Positions 20,553 to 31,699 of a stretch of 64,000 nt of DNA are shown here, one piece after another. The notes below the pieces were generated by a model. That model was given only the letters and a program-made list of their open reading frames with translations. It had not been told where the DNA came from and made no database searches. The stretch lies in NCBI GenBank assembly GCA_963755715.1, contig CAVWLW010000013.1:28327-92326 (forward strand), written 5' to 3'. The translations under genes were made by a program, and so were the position numbers. The DNA comes from an uncultured delta proteobacterium (lineage in GTDB: Bacteria; Desulfobacterota; Binatia; UBA9968). Position 1 is the first letter of the stretch; each line of letters starts with the position of its first letter.

Positions 20553-21263
20553 TTATCCGCGCAGAAGTTTGCCGTATCCTTCAATCGACGCTTTCATGCC
20601 GAGGACCTGCATGACCCACCACAGCGCCGCCGCAGTGCTGGATACCACCGGCTTTCCCGTGTCATCTTCAAGTTCCTGGACATAGGCGACCGAGCGCCAG
20701 CGTCCCTGAATCAGCAAGCTATCGACATCAGGATGCTGGCGAAATAACTCACGCGCGACTTTATAGGACGCATAGTCCGGCAGCTTAACCTGATCCACTG
20801 GTTTAGAAACTTCCAAACCTTTGATCGCCAGAACTTCCAAGCCGCCGTCCTCGTAATATTTCTTGACGGCCTGATTAATGCTTTCCTTGTAGGCGGTAGC
20901 AATGACCGTGCTGCGGACCTTTAAAAATTTGAGCGCTGCCACTGTTGCGCTCATCGCTGTGCTGACGGGCAAGCCGACTTGCCCCGAGAGTTTCGCCACC
21001 ACTTCCTGTTCCGCCGCGTAACCGCGCTGCGTGCCCAAAGTGATACCGCCCATGAGAATCGCGTCGCACTCCTCGGCGGCGAAGATGCCCAAGCCGGCGC
21101 CGAGGGCATCGATCGCTTTGTTGAATTCGGCTTCAGTGTGAGCCTGGACGTTGAGACCCGAGGCAACGATCGTAAAGCCTTGAGGCAAGATCAAATCCCA
21201 ATCCGAAGGAGTTTCGAATACCGACGGCGATAAATATCCGATCCGTGCTTTCCAACCTGACAC
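20553..21263 (-). CDS. Maleate isomerase/arylmalonate decarboxylase (Asp/Glu racemase superfamily)-like protein
   Basis: WKARIGYLSPS, VIATAY and LEDDTGKPVVSS...ALWW...GYGKLL. Confidence 0.85.
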   Translation of the reverse strand: MSGWKARIGYLSPSVFETPSDWDLILPQGFTIVASGLNVQAHTEAEFNKAIDALGAGLGIFAAEECDAILMGGITLGTQRGYAAEQEVVAKLSGQVGLPVSTAMSATVAALKFLKVRSTVIATAYKESINQAVKKYYEDGGLEVLAIKGLEVSKPVDQVKLPDYASYKVARELFRQHPDVDSLLIQGRWRSVAYVQELEDDTGKPVVSSTAAALWWVMQVLGMKASIEGYGKLLRG

Positions 21264-21526
21264 GCGTTTCTCCTTGTTATCGAATTTTGAATTGGCGATA
21301 GTAACGGCGAGCCGACTGGGTCTTTCTATATCAATACACAGTCCATGAAAAGTCCTGGTGAGCGCTAGGAGGCGTCGCTGATTGTGGCTTGCCATGTAGC
21401 CTCAAACGAAACATGTCGCTTCGGCCACAGAAAATGCTATTCTGCGCGTCAAATATATAATATATATATGTTGCTCGAACGCTCAATAATTTATGATTTA
21501 ATGCTTTTATTTATGTTTTATATCTT

Positions 21527-22684
21527 ATGATATTAAAAAGAATTAAGTTTTTGCAGAGCTATTTCCGATCGGCCGCGCTATTGGCCGCTTTGGTCTTTTT
21601 GTTCTCGGCGGGACACGCTCTCGCCACCGGCGGCGAGAACCTGGAATATAACCAGCGCGCCACCGCGACGGCGCAAATTCTCGCCGGCATCACTCCCAAC
21701 CCGCCGGATCCCGCGTTGAAACGATTTGTCGAAGCTGACGCGTTTAAAGAGCACCAGCAGTGGATGACCTCTAGTTGGAATCAGGTGCGCAACCGCATCC
21801 AGACTATGGAAGCTTGGCGTACCCATGAGATCAAGATCGCGGGCGCACAGAAAAAAACCCTGATCTATCCGTTCAGCGGTCCGGATTTTTTAAATGCATA
21901 CGCTTTTTTCCCTGACCATGGACGCTACGTGTTCTTTAGTCTCGAAAGGCCCGGAACACTGCCTGATTTGGAATCGGTAACCCTCGTGCAGTTTACCAAG
22001 CTGCTGCAAGACGTGCGCAGCGCGTTTCGCGATATTTTCGAGCGGAATTATTTCATCACGTCGTATATGACCAAACAGTTGACGACACCGTGGATCCGCG
22101 GCACGGTGCCGGTGATGGCGACCATGATGGCGTTGATGAATCGGCGGATCATAAGAATAGAGCCCCTCGATCTGTTTCCGGAGCTCACTCACGCTTACGA
22201 TTCGCCGGAAGCAAAACGACCGCCGGTGGTGATGCGGGCCGTGCGCATCGAGTTCGCCAATCCAAATGCTTCGGGCACGCAACAGCTTTACTACGTTGGG
22301 CTGGACGCAACCGACAAAGCGCTCGAATTCTACCCGGACTTCCTCAATTGGGTTGGTCAGTATAAGCAGGCGACGGTTCTGATCAAATCGGCATCCTATC
22401 TGTTGCATGATCAGCAATTTTCAAAAACCCGCACCATGCTTTTGGACGCGGCCGACATCGTCGTGCAAGACGACACCGGAATCCCTTATCGCTATATCAA
22501 TCAGAATCCGTGGCAGGTGAAGTTATACGGGCGCTACCACCGACCAATCCGACCGATGAGGTATGGTTATCAGAAGGATCTCGAGGTAGCCTTTAATTCC
22601 CGCCAGGAGCAGAGTTCACTGCCATTTCCTTTCGGCTATCATTGGCGCGGACAACAGTCCGGTCTCATCGTCGCACACCGTTAG
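21527..22684 (+). CDS. Exported hypothetical protein
   Basis: 385 aa with signal peptide; motif-like blocks YPFSGPDF, KSASYLLH, VQDDTGIPY and LPFPFGY. Confidence 0.8.
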   Translation: MILKRIKFLQSYFRSAALLAALVFLFSAGHALATGGENLEYNQRATATAQILAGITPNPPDPALKRFVEADAFKEHQQWMTSSWNQVRNRIQTMEAWRTHEIKIAGAQKKTLIYPFSGPDFLNAYAFFPDHGRYVFFSLERPGTLPDLESVTLVQFTKLLQDVRSAFRDIFERNYFITSYMTKQLTTPWIRGTVPVMATMMALMNRRIIRIEPLDLFPELTHAYDSPEAKRPPVVMRAVRIEFANPNASGTQQLYYVGLDATDKALEFYPDFLNWVGQYKQATVLIKSASYLLHDQQFSKTRTMLLDAADIVVQDDTGIPYRYINQNPWQVKLYGRYHRPIRPMRYGYQKDLEVAFNSRQEQSSLPFPFGYHWRGQQSGLIVAHR

Positions 22685-22696
22685 CGAGGCGATCCC

Positions 22697-23551
22697 GTGT
22701 GGCGGCAATGCCAGTGCATCGCCTTGTTATTGATCATGGCAACCCACGGCGCCGCTGCCGAAATAACTCGCCGATCATTTCAAACCAGCGACAAGATTGC
22801 TCTGTCCTTTCTCGAAGCGGGATCTGAGCGCGCAGACAATAAAAATCTAACCATCGCTTTGGTGCCGGGTTGGTTGATGCCGGGGTCGATTTGGCGCAAG
22901 CAATTGGACGCCTTTGGCCAACGCTATCTTACTCTCGCCCTCGACCCGCGTGGGCAGGGAGAATCCCAGGTGGCGCCGGCCGGCTATACCGCGGAACGCC
23001 GCGCGACTGATTTGCACGAGTTTTTGGCGCCGCGATCGCATGTGCTGCTGATCGGCTGGTCGCTGGGCGCGATCGAAGCGCTGCAGTACATTCAGATGTT
23101 CGGAACGGCTCGTCTTTCCGGTCTGGTGCTCGTCGATAGCTCGGTCGGCGAGGAGCCGGCGCCCGGTTCCGGCGGAACTTTCAAAGAAAGTTTGCGCGCT
23201 GATCGCGACAAGACGCTGCATGATTTCGTGCACGCCATCTTCGCCAAGCCGCGGAGCGAAAAAGAGCTCGCCGAACTGGTGCGCGGCGCAAAACGAATGA
23301 CGGTGGAAAATAGTGTGGCGCTTCTGGATTATCCTTATGAGCGCGCCCACTGGCGCAGCATCGCTCGCACTTTCGACAAGCCTTTTCTCTATGTGGTAAC
23401 GCCTCAATTCGAGCAACAGGCCGTGAATCTAAAAAAGAACCGGCCAGCGACACAAATCGAAGTTTTCAAAAAAGCCGGTCATGCGCTCTTCGCCGACGAG
23501 CCCGAGCGGTTTAATGCCTTGATCGAAAAGTTTGCAAAGCGTCTTTCCTGA
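22697..23551 (+). CDS. Alpha/beta hydrolase with signal peptide
   Basis: DPRGQGES, nucleophile elbow GWSLG, and AGHALF. Confidence 0.9.
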   Translation: MWRQCQCIALLLIMATHGAAAEITRRSFQTSDKIALSFLEAGSERADNKNLTIALVPGWLMPGSIWRKQLDAFGQRYLTLALDPRGQGESQVAPAGYTAERRATDLHEFLAPRSHVLLIGWSLGAIEALQYIQMFGTARLSGLVLVDSSVGEEPAPGSGGTFKESLRADRDKTLHDFVHAIFAKPRSEKELAELVRGAKRMTVENSVALLDYPYERAHWRSIARTFDKPFLYVVTPQFEQQAVNLKKNRPATQIEVFKKAGHALFADEPERFNALIEKFAKRLS

Positions 23552-23632
23552 TTCAGGGGTCGTAGTCGGAATTCTTCAAAGAAGAATTGTCTCCGGCGGA
23601 TTCAAACCTTCTTGGGAGCAGGCTAATCATAA

Positions 23633-23714
23633 TGTCATTCTGAGGCAAAGCCGAAGAATCTCGCCTTTGTAACAATCTGAAAATGCGAGATGCTTCGCTT
23701 TGCTCCGCATGACA
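23633..23714. repeat. REP-like imperfect palindrome
   Basis: tgtcattctgaggcaaagccgaagaatctc...gagatgcttcgctttgctccgcatgaca, between convergent genes. Confidence 0.7.
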
Positions 23715-23790
23715 TCGATGGCTTGCACCGCGACACAGTCTCAAAAGCTGCAAGGATAGATTTTTGATCTTTACTGCATGATTGTCGATC

Positions 23791-24949
23791 CTACAGCTCA
23801 CCGAACAGACGCACGGTGTTGTCGTAGAGCAGTTTTTGCTTCTGTGTCTCCGAGAGATCCTTACGTTCGATAATTTCCAGCGCGGCGTTTTCGCGTCCCT
23901 CGCCGTGGGGAAAGTCGGACGAAAACAGGACGTGATCTTCGCCAATGAGCTCGAACAAGTTATGCAGCATGCTGTCGTCGGCTTCAGCGGCGATAAAAAT
24001 TCTGCCTGACTTCACGTAATCCCGAATGCTTTCGCGCGGCAATTGAGCCGCGTTCGGCATACTCAAACCGAACGGATGGGCGCCGCGATCGAGCGGCAGA
24101 TAATGATCCATTCGCGATACCATGTAGAAAATCCATTCGGCGCCGAATTCGAGAAAGGCAACTTTTAAATCCGGGTAGCGATCGAGCATGCGATGGCCGA
24201 CGATCGCCATGAAGGCGAGCTGCGCGGGCAGCGACATGCCGATCACGTGGCCGTCATAAATCGACTGGCCGAGCTGGGCGAGCGGCGGATAGCTCATGCC
24301 CATGTGCACGCAAAGCGGCAATTGCGCGCGCGCGAATTCATCCCAGATCGGCAGAAAGCTCGGATCGGAAAGCATCCGTTCGCCCGCGGTGCCGAACACC
24401 ACAGCCGCGCGCGCACCCAAGCGCTGCATTTCCTCTAACGCTTCAAAGGCCTGACGCTGATCGCGCAAGGGCAGGAGGCCCGACCACGTAAGACGCTTCG
24501 GCGCTTGCCGGCACTGCGCGCCGAGGTAACGATTGTAGGCGCGAAAGAGCGCCGCTTCGAATCCAGGGTCTGCCGGTCATGTGCGCGTAGAGCGTGCTCG
24601 GAAAAAGCATCTGGGCGTCGAGGCCCATGCGGTCCATATCGCGCAAGCGCGCTTGCGGATCGTTTAGCGTCATACTGCCGATCGAACAGTGCTCGCGTTC
24701 GGTCGTCGCGCCGAACTCCGCGAGCACGTTGCGCGGCGTATTCGCCTGTTGCGCTCCCGGCCCCAAAGCATGCGGCTCGAGGGACCCTTCGATCAGCCAA
24801 CCTGCGTTAAAGTTTCCTAATCCGTCACCGTCATGGATCGCCACCGGACGGGGACGGCGCGCGCGATACTGTTCCGGTAGATGTTCCCACATTCGTGGAT
24901 TGATCGAGCCGTGCGCGTCGGCATCGAAAACGCGGAAGCCTTGAAGCAT
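23791..24949 (-). CDS. Amidohydrolase_2 family protein; frameshift near 24575
   Basis: FDADAHG, MLFPST, CVHMG, FLEFG and FSSDFPHGE. Confidence 0.88.
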
Positions 24950-24972
24950 GGATTTTCTCCTCGGTAGATCTT

Positions 24973-26031
24973 TCAGCGCAACTTCTTGCGCGCCTCAGCC
25001 AAGAAGCCGCTCTCTTCGAGACTGCGCACGGCGGCAGGGCTCAGCACTTGATTCAGTTCCACTTGGGCGACTTTGGGATTGATCTTGGCGGTCACTTTCT
25101 GCACGAGCTTCCATGCGGCAGGGTCCGGCATCATGTCGATCGTCGCCATGATGGTGAGCACTTTGTAGGACGCTTCGGCATCTTCCGCCTTGGGGAAGCG
25201 GAAAGCTTTGCGCAGGATTTCGACGATATCCGGCTTGGCGCTGGGATCGTGAATCAACACGACGGCATCCACCAATCCTTTGAGCAAGCGCGAGATTTGG
25301 TCGGGCGAGTTCGCGGCCGACTCCCGCAGGAAGCAAAGCGTCGTGCCCTGATAGGGAAAATTCAACTTGCCGATGTCAGCGAGCACGTTGGCTCCTGCTC
25401 GTTTCGCCGCCTCGCTGAAGCTATACGGGATGACGGTGGCGTCGACGCCGCCGGAGCCGAGAGCCTGCGTCACCGTCGCGGTATCGCCGAGGATGCGCAT
25501 TTTGAGATCGTATTTTTCCGGATCGATACCGAGCTGATCCAGCGCGATCATCGTTTGGAGCCAAAAACCGCCGCCGATGCTTTGCACCCCGAAGGTTTTG
25601 CCGCGCAGATCCTCCAAAGTGCGGATTTCTTTACGCGCCACCAACTCGCGCGGAATTTTCTGCACCGGCGAAGCGACGCATTGTATTTTCATGCCGCCCA
25701 CGGCCGCGCTAAGCGCATTGCCGGGCGAGCCGTAATTGTATTGCACCTGCCCGGAAGAAAGCGTCGCCATGCTGAGCGCGCCGGTGCGCATTTGCACCAG
25801 GCGAACGTCGAGGCCGTATTTTCTGAACGTGCCCTTTTCAATGCCGACCCACATCGGTCCGACGGTTTCATTTTGACCCGCATAGGCGACCAGAATGGGG
25901 GAGGCGCTTTGAGCGGACGCCGCCGAAAGCGCCACCGTTATGACCGCAGCAAAGCTCAGCAGCAGCGTAAAAATATTTTTGAGGACGGGACGTTTGGTTC
26001 GATGCCGGCTTAGGCAAGTTAAATGCTTCAT
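24973..26031 (-). CDS. NitT/TauT (SsuA/THI5-like) substrate-binding protein
   Basis: Signal peptide; GTFRKYGLDV and IRTLEDLRGKTFGV. Confidence 0.88.
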   Translation of the reverse strand: MKHLTCLSRHRTKRPVLKNIFTLLLSFAAVITVALSAASAQSASPILVAYAGQNETVGPMWVGIEKGTFRKYGLDVRLVQMRTGALSMATLSSGQVQYNYGSPGNALSAAVGGMKIQCVASPVQKIPRELVARKEIRTLEDLRGKTFGVQSIGGGFWLQTMIALDQLGIDPEKYDLKMRILGDTATVTQALGSGGVDATVIPYSFSEAAKRAGANVLADIGKLNFPYQGTTLCFLRESAANSPDQISRLLKGLVDAVVLIHDPSAKPDIVEILRKAFRFPKAEDAEASYKVLTIMATIDMMPDPAAWKLVQKVTAKINPKVAQVELNQVLSPAAVRSLEESGFLAEARKKLR

Positions 26032-26057
26032 GCGCTCCTTTGTCGGTTACTGCCGAT

Positions 26058-27065
26058 TCACTGCCATAGCCGTTTGAAGAAACCGGCTTTCTCCAGTTCA
26101 TCCACATAACGATTGTCGTAATAGGCGGTTAGCGGTGTTTTTTGCGCCGCTGCCGCATCGATCAGCTTCAAAGCGACGAGCTGTTCGGCCAGATCCTTGA
26201 ATACTTCCGGCGGCACGCGCGGGTCCTTGGCGAAGGCGTCGATGCCCGCCTGATAGCTCTCATCGAGCATGTTCTGCCGCGTCACTTTGGTGTATTTGCC
26301 GAGAACCTTAACGGCAAAAGCTTTGTCGTCGTGGATTTTTTTCAAGCCGTCGTAGACGGCTTCGATGAAGCGCTTGACGATGTCGGCGTTCTTTTCGGCG
26401 TAGGCGCGCCGCGCTACGATTCCCTGCTCGACGAAACGGATATTCATATCGCGAATCTGTTTGATGCTGACCAGCTCGCGAAAGCCTTTCTCGCGCAGCA
26501 CGACGCTTTGCGGCGCCGGGATCATCGCGCCGGCGATGGCGTTGGTGCTGAGCGCGGTCATCGATTCCGGGTAGCCGCCGGTTTGCACGATGACGGCGTC
26601 GGTGACGTTGGAGCGGTCCAAGATCGCTTTTGCCGTGAAATGCGACACCGAGCCGAAGCGCGTGACACCGACTCTTTTGCCGCTCAGTTGTGCGATTTGA
26701 GTAATCGACGGCTGGACGTAGAACGGCACGCTGAACGATTTTACCAGCGCGGCCACTTGAATGACGTCGCCGCCTTTAAGCACGTTGGAGATTACCGCCG
26801 GTCCCGCCATGCCCGCCAGATCGGCCTCGCCGGCAAGCATGGATTGCACGATCAAAGATGAGGCGCCGGCGAACACCGGATCGACTTCAAGCCCGTATTT
26901 TTCGAAAAGCCTTGCTTCGTAGGCGACCAAAAAGGGGAGACTGTGATACGAGATCGGCGAGTAGGGAAATTTAATTTTGTCGAGAGCTGTCGCCGGCGCG
27001 ATACTGGAGACAAGCGCTGCTAGGAGCACGAGAAAGGCTAGAGTACAACATAGACGTCGTGGCAT
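26058..27065 (-). CDS. NitT/TauT substrate-binding protein
   Basis: Signal peptide; LFEKYGLEV, LSGKRVGVTRFGS and YVDELEKAGFF. Confidence 0.9.
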   Translation of the reverse strand: MPRRLCCTLAFLVLLAALVSSIAPATALDKIKFPYSPISYHSLPFLVAYEARLFEKYGLEVDPVFAGASSLIVQSMLAGEADLAGMAGPAVISNVLKGGDVIQVAALVKSFSVPFYVQPSITQIAQLSGKRVGVTRFGSVSHFTAKAILDRSNVTDAVIVQTGGYPESMTALSTNAIAGAMIPAPQSVVLREKGFRELVSIKQIRDMNIRFVEQGIVARRAYAEKNADIVKRFIEAVYDGLKKIHDDKAFAVKVLGKYTKVTRQNMLDESYQAGIDAFAKDPRVPPEVFKDLAEQLVALKLIDAAAAQKTPLTAYYDNRYVDELEKAGFFKRLWQ

Positions 27066-27123
27066 TTCTGTTCTCCTTGGATGGGAGAGCCGCGATTGAG
27101 CATCGCGGATCATAGATGACGAC

Positions 27124-28152
27124 CTAGATTTTATAAAAACGCCGGGCGTTTTCTCCAAGTATCGCTTCTTTGTGTGCATCCTTGAGGTCATGGCGCTCGA
27201 CGATTTCGTTGATCTCTTCCATGCAGTTGTCGAGAGAAATCTCGTGTGGGAAGTCCGAGGCAAACATGAACGGCTCGGGCCCGACGCGCTCGATGGCATA
27301 GGCCAGGGCTTTCTCGTTGCCTTCGCAGCTGACGAACATTTTGCCGCTCTTAAAATAGTCCTCGGGTTTGCGCTTGATGCGCAGGCCGCCATATTCCAGC
27401 TCTCTCTCCAAGCGGTCGATCACCATGGGAATCCAGCTCGTGCCCCCTTCCAAGAAGCCGACGCGGAGATTTGGAAACGCATCGAATACGCCATCGACGA
27501 TCATGCCGGTGGCGGCGATGGCGAGGGGTACCGGCATGCCGAGAGCGCGCGTCGCGGGGAAAACTGTATAAGTGTTGAAGCCGAGATCGCCGTAGCAGCC
27601 GCCGTGGACGGCGAGGGCGCAGTCGAGCTTGGCCGCTTCTTCATAGACCGGCCAAAAATGTTTGGCGCTCAAGTGCGGATTGAGACCGTTCGACGGCAGC
27701 ATAGCGCCGACCATGCCCAAGTCTTTGACTGCGCGGCGCAGCTCCGTTACCGCGGCCGGAACCTCTTGCAGTGGAATCAACGCGATGCCCTTCAAGCGGG
27801 GACTGAATTTGAGATACTTCGCGTGCAGCCAATCGTTATACGCTCTGGCGTACGCAACTGCCCAAGGCGGAAAAGCGACCTGGCCGTAAGCCAATCCTTC
27901 GGTGGGATAGAGCACGCTCGATTCGAGCCCGGTCTTTTCGAGAAACTGCAGCCACTTTTCCGGACCGACGTTGGGATCAAATGTGCCGGGTTTGCGCTCT
28001 TCCAATCGCGGTGTATGAAAGCGATCGAGACTCGGCAACATGCGCCGAGGATTCATGTGGCCAGTGGTTTTGAATGGTTCGCCGACATAGCTGATCATTT
28101 CGTCGACCTTTTCCATCACATGACCGTCGCAATCGACGTATTTGTTCGGCAT
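27124..28152 (-). CDS. Amidohydrolase_2 family protein (tandem copy B)
   Basis: DCDGHVME, LAVHGG, FLEGG and FASDFPHE. Confidence 0.92.
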   Translation of the reverse strand: MPNKYVDCDGHVMEKVDEMISYVGEPFKTTGHMNPRRMLPSLDRFHTPRLEERKPGTFDPNVGPEKWLQFLEKTGLESSVLYPTEGLAYGQVAFPPWAVAYARAYNDWLHAKYLKFSPRLKGIALIPLQEVPAAVTELRRAVKDLGMVGAMLPSNGLNPHLSAKHFWPVYEEAAKLDCALAVHGGCYGDLGFNTYTVFPATRALGMPVPLAIAATGMIVDGVFDAFPNLRVGFLEGGTSWIPMVIDRLERELEYGGLRIKRKPEDYFKSGKMFVSCEGNEKALAYAIERVGPEPFMFASDFPHEISLDNCMEEINEIVERHDLKDAHKEAILGENARRFYKI

Positions 28153-28170
28153 TGTTCCTCCGTTACGAAG

Positions 28171-28195
28171 GTGGGCGACCGCCGGTCGCCCCTAC
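28171..28195. repeat. GTAG-type REP palindrome
   Basis: gtgggcgaccgccggtcgcccctac. Confidence 0.7.
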
Positions 28196-28221
28196 GGGTC
28201 ATCGCGGTTTTTTTGGATCGC

Positions 28222-29250
28222 TCATATCTTATAGAACTGCCGCGCGTTGTCGCCTAAGATTGCGGTTTTGTGCTCCGGCTTTAAATCGGTGCGCTCGATG
28301 ATTTCATTGATCTCTTCCATGCAGTTGCCGAGGGAAATCTCGTGTGGAAAGTCGGATGCGAACATGAACGGCTCGGGGCCGATCCGTTCGATCGCGTAGG
28401 CGAGCGCTCTTTCATTACCTTCGCAGCCGACGAAGATGCGTCCGCTTTTGAAATAGTCTTCGGGTTTTCGCTTGAGATGGAGACCGCCGTATTCGAGTTC
28501 CCGTTCGAGCCGGTCGATGACGATCGGTATCCACGCCGTACCGCCTTCGAGGAAACCAATGCGCAGTTTCGGAAACTGATCGAGCATGCCTTCGACGATC
28601 ATCCCGGTGGCGGCGATGGCGAGCGGGAACGGCATGCCAAGGGCGCGCGTGGCAGGAAAAACTCCGAAACTGTTAAAGCCCAAATCGCCGTAACAGCCGC
28701 CATGCACGGCCAGCGCGCAATCGAGTTTCTCCGCTTCTTCATAGATCGGCCAATATTCCTTCGCGCCGAGATGAAATCTCAATCCGTTGGAGGGCAGCAT
28801 GGCGCCGAGCATGCCCAGTTCTTTGACCGCCCGGCGCAGTTCGGCGACGGCGCTCGGCACGTCTTGCATCGGTATCAAAGCAACGCCTTTGAGCTTCGGA
28901 CTGAACTTCAAATATTTTTCGTAGAGCCAGTCGTTGTAACCACGGGCATAAGCCACCGCCCAATCAACGAAAGAAACCTGACCGTAAGCTAAACCCTCGG
29001 TGGGATAGAGCACGCTGTATTCGAGCCCGGTTTTGTTAAGAAACTCCATCCATCGCTCGGGTCCAATCGCCGGGTCAAAAGTCCCCGGCGTGCGCCGCTG
29101 CAAGCGCGGCGTGTGAAAGCGATCCAGGCTCGGCACCATGCGCCGCACGTGGATTTCACCTTCGATGCCATTTTGCCTTTCGATTAACTTCGCGATTTCA
29201 TCGACTCTTTCCATCACGTGACCGTCGCTATCGACGTAATGCGTCGCCAT
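28222..29250 (-). CDS. Amidohydrolase_2 family protein (tandem copy A)
   Basis: Same length (342 aa) as 27124..28152 and shares long identical blocks with it. Confidence 0.92.
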   Translation of the reverse strand: MATHYVDSDGHVMERVDEIAKLIERQNGIEGEIHVRRMVPSLDRFHTPRLQRRTPGTFDPAIGPERWMEFLNKTGLEYSVLYPTEGLAYGQVSFVDWAVAYARGYNDWLYEKYLKFSPKLKGVALIPMQDVPSAVAELRRAVKELGMLGAMLPSNGLRFHLGAKEYWPIYEEAEKLDCALAVHGGCYGDLGFNSFGVFPATRALGMPFPLAIAATGMIVEGMLDQFPKLRIGFLEGGTAWIPIVIDRLERELEYGGLHLKRKPEDYFKSGRIFVGCEGNERALAYAIERIGPEPFMFASDFPHEISLGNCMEEINEIIERTDLKPEHKTAILGDNARQFYKI

Positions 29251-29430
29251 TTTCGTTCCCGCCTTTCGATTGATATGTGTCCTGCATAGTGAAGGTGTGG
29301 GCTCCCTGTCAATAGATGAGTAGCGGGCGGACCATCTCAGTTGACGTGACGCTAGTTGCTTTGAACTATTACGAAACGCTTGTCACCGGGGCGGTTCCTG
29401 GTTTATTGCTATGCGAAAGGAGACCGGGTC

Positions 29431-30232
29431 ATGCCTTATGTCAAAGCGAAAGACGGTGTCGACATCTACTACGAGGTCTCCGGCCACGGCACGCCGTTTT
29501 TGTTTTTGAGCGAGACCGCCTGCGACGGCGCGGTGTGGAATCTTTATCAAACGCCGGAGTTTGCCCGCGACCATCGCGTCATCATTCTCGATTATCGCGG
29601 CACCGGTTTGTCCGGTAAACCCTCGAGTAAGTACAGCACAGACATGTTCGCCGATGATGCGGCGACAGTTCTCGATCATCTCGGCCTCGAAGACGCGGTT
29701 GTTTGCGGCCACTCTATGGGCGGGAGAGTCGCTCAACTTCTTGCCCTCGATTATCCGCGCAAAGTCAGCAAACTCATCCTCGCATCCAGCGGCGCCGCGC
29801 ACCCGGGTGACAGAGGCATCCCGCTACGGATCGCAAAGGAAATGGTCGAGATGGGCTACGAAAGATACGTGCGTGAGCACACCATCGTCGTCGGCTGGAC
29901 GGAGATCTACGCGCGCAATCACATGAACCAGATCGAAAAATATCTCCAGGTGCGCATGGCCAACCTTTGCCCCGTGGAGTTTTACTTCCGCCATGTGCTG
30001 GCGCGCCAGGAGCACGACACGAGCGCGCGGTTGAAGGACATCAAAGTTCCGACCTTGATCTTTCGTCGGTGACGACGATCATTTCGTCGTCAGCGACATG
30101 TCGCACCGCAGCGGCGCCGATATTCTTGCCAAGGGCATTCCGAATTCCAAGCTGGTTGTTTTGCCTGGCGAGCGGCACAGCTATTTTTACACCGAGCCGG
30201 AAAAGGTCCACGGCATGATCCAGAATTCCTAA
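29431..30232 (+). CDS. Alpha/beta hydrolase; frameshift near 30062
   Basis: DYRGTGLS and GHSMGG; continues VGDDDH...ERHSYF in the shifted frame. Paralogue of 54924..55736. Confidence 0.88.
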
Positions 30233-30302
30233 GGAAAGTTAACCGGGCATCGTTAAAAGCAAATTTAGACGATTCGAAAACATTCTTTACAGGAGGGCAG
30301 CC

Positions 30303-31623
30303 ATGGCATACGCGGCAAAAGGTAGAACTAAAAGAGTTTCCGGTGTTCGATTGCGACAGCCACATTTACGAGCCGCCGGAGATCTGGGACAAATATATTC
30401 CGCAGCAGAACCGCGATTTCGCCAAGACGCATTTTTATCGCGACGCCGACCGACTGTTCCTGGTGCGCAATGGCAAGATAAGTTTCAGAGATCCCGACAA
30501 GTGGAAATATCCCGGCGAGACGTGGCATCCGGGTTTGACGAAGAAGATCATCGGTGAGACACAGCCGGGAACCAAAGATTGGGATGAAACAATCGGCAGA
30601 AACAGGAGCGCCAGAGATCCCCACGCGCGGCTAAAGGATATGGACGCCGCCGGTATCGACCAGGTCATGATTTTCCCGTCGACGTTTGTCTATTTGCCAC
30701 TGGTCGAGAACGCCGACGCAGCCTACATCTGCGCGCGGGCTTATAACGATTGGGCCTACGATTACTGCAGCGCGGACCAGAAACGGCTCTATCCCGCGGC
30801 GGTCTTGCCGGTGCAAAACGTCGACTACGCTATCGAGGAATTGCGGCGCGTTGCGAAACGCGGCTTCAAGTCCGCTTTGGTGCGGCCGATTATCGCTCAG
30901 GGCAAGTATCCGACGTTTCCCGAGTTCGATCCACTGTGGCGCGAGTTCGAGGAACTCAGCATGGTGCTCGGCATGCACACTTTTCCATCCCGCGGCGAGG
31001 CGATGTCACCAGAGTTGAATGAACGCATGGGCGCCAACCGCAAGCGTTTGTTCGGCGACGAAGATTTAATGGTTTATTCGCCGGGACAGTTCGTGGCGAA
31101 CATCATGCAGATCATGGGCTCCAAACAGGCCGGCGACGCGGCCTATGGATTTATCGCCGAAGCAATGACTTGGACGGGTGTCGTGCTCATGACCGGCTGG
31201 CTGGAAAAGTTTCCGCGCTTGAAAGTCGCGATCCTCGAATCCAACTCAAGCTGGCTGCCGCTGGTGTTGGAGAAGGCCGAAACTTATCTCGATCTGTACA
31301 AGCACTTGGGCGAGAAGATCGGCGATCCGCACGACGTGTTTTACCAACATTGCTTTATCGCATTTGAAAGCGATGAAGTGATCACCCTACGCTTGTGGGA
31401 TCTTTATGAGAACATCGCGCTCTGGTCTTCGGATATGCCGCACCTCGACGCGTCGGATGTTTGGGAAGCGATCGACAACATGAACAAATGGAAAGTGCCG
31501 CAGAACGTGCAGGAGAAAATGCTCGGCGGTAACGCCAGGCGCTTGTACGGCATCGAACCGGAGCTCGTGGTCACCAAGGCGCCGGACGAGTACCAGCCGC
31601 AGACGATGTCGCGGTACGCGTAA
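30303..31623 (+). CDS. Amidohydrolase_2 family protein; frameshift near the start
   Basis: FDCDSHIYEP, GMHTF, ILESN and WSSDMPH; AGGAGG RBS before the ATG at 30303. Confidence 0.9.
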
Positions 31624-31671
31624 CGCTAATGTTCAAATGGTTCAAACCGTAAGGGTGTATTGAATTTCGTG

Positions 31672-31699
31672 GTAGGGGCGCAGCATGCTGCGCCCCTAC
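31672..31699. repeat. GTAG-type REP, perfect 28-bp palindrome
   Basis: gtaggggcgcagca|tgctgcgcccctac; overlaps the stop codon of the SBP gene. Confidence 0.8.

Noticed and set aside
21440-21550. AT-rich tract as a replication origin
   Set aside because: I saw no DnaA boxes (TTATCCACA) and no dnaA/dnaN/gidA context.
30060-30075. TGA ending ORF 29380..30072 as selenocysteine
   Set aside because: The protein continues in a different frame (VGDDDH), so this is an indel.
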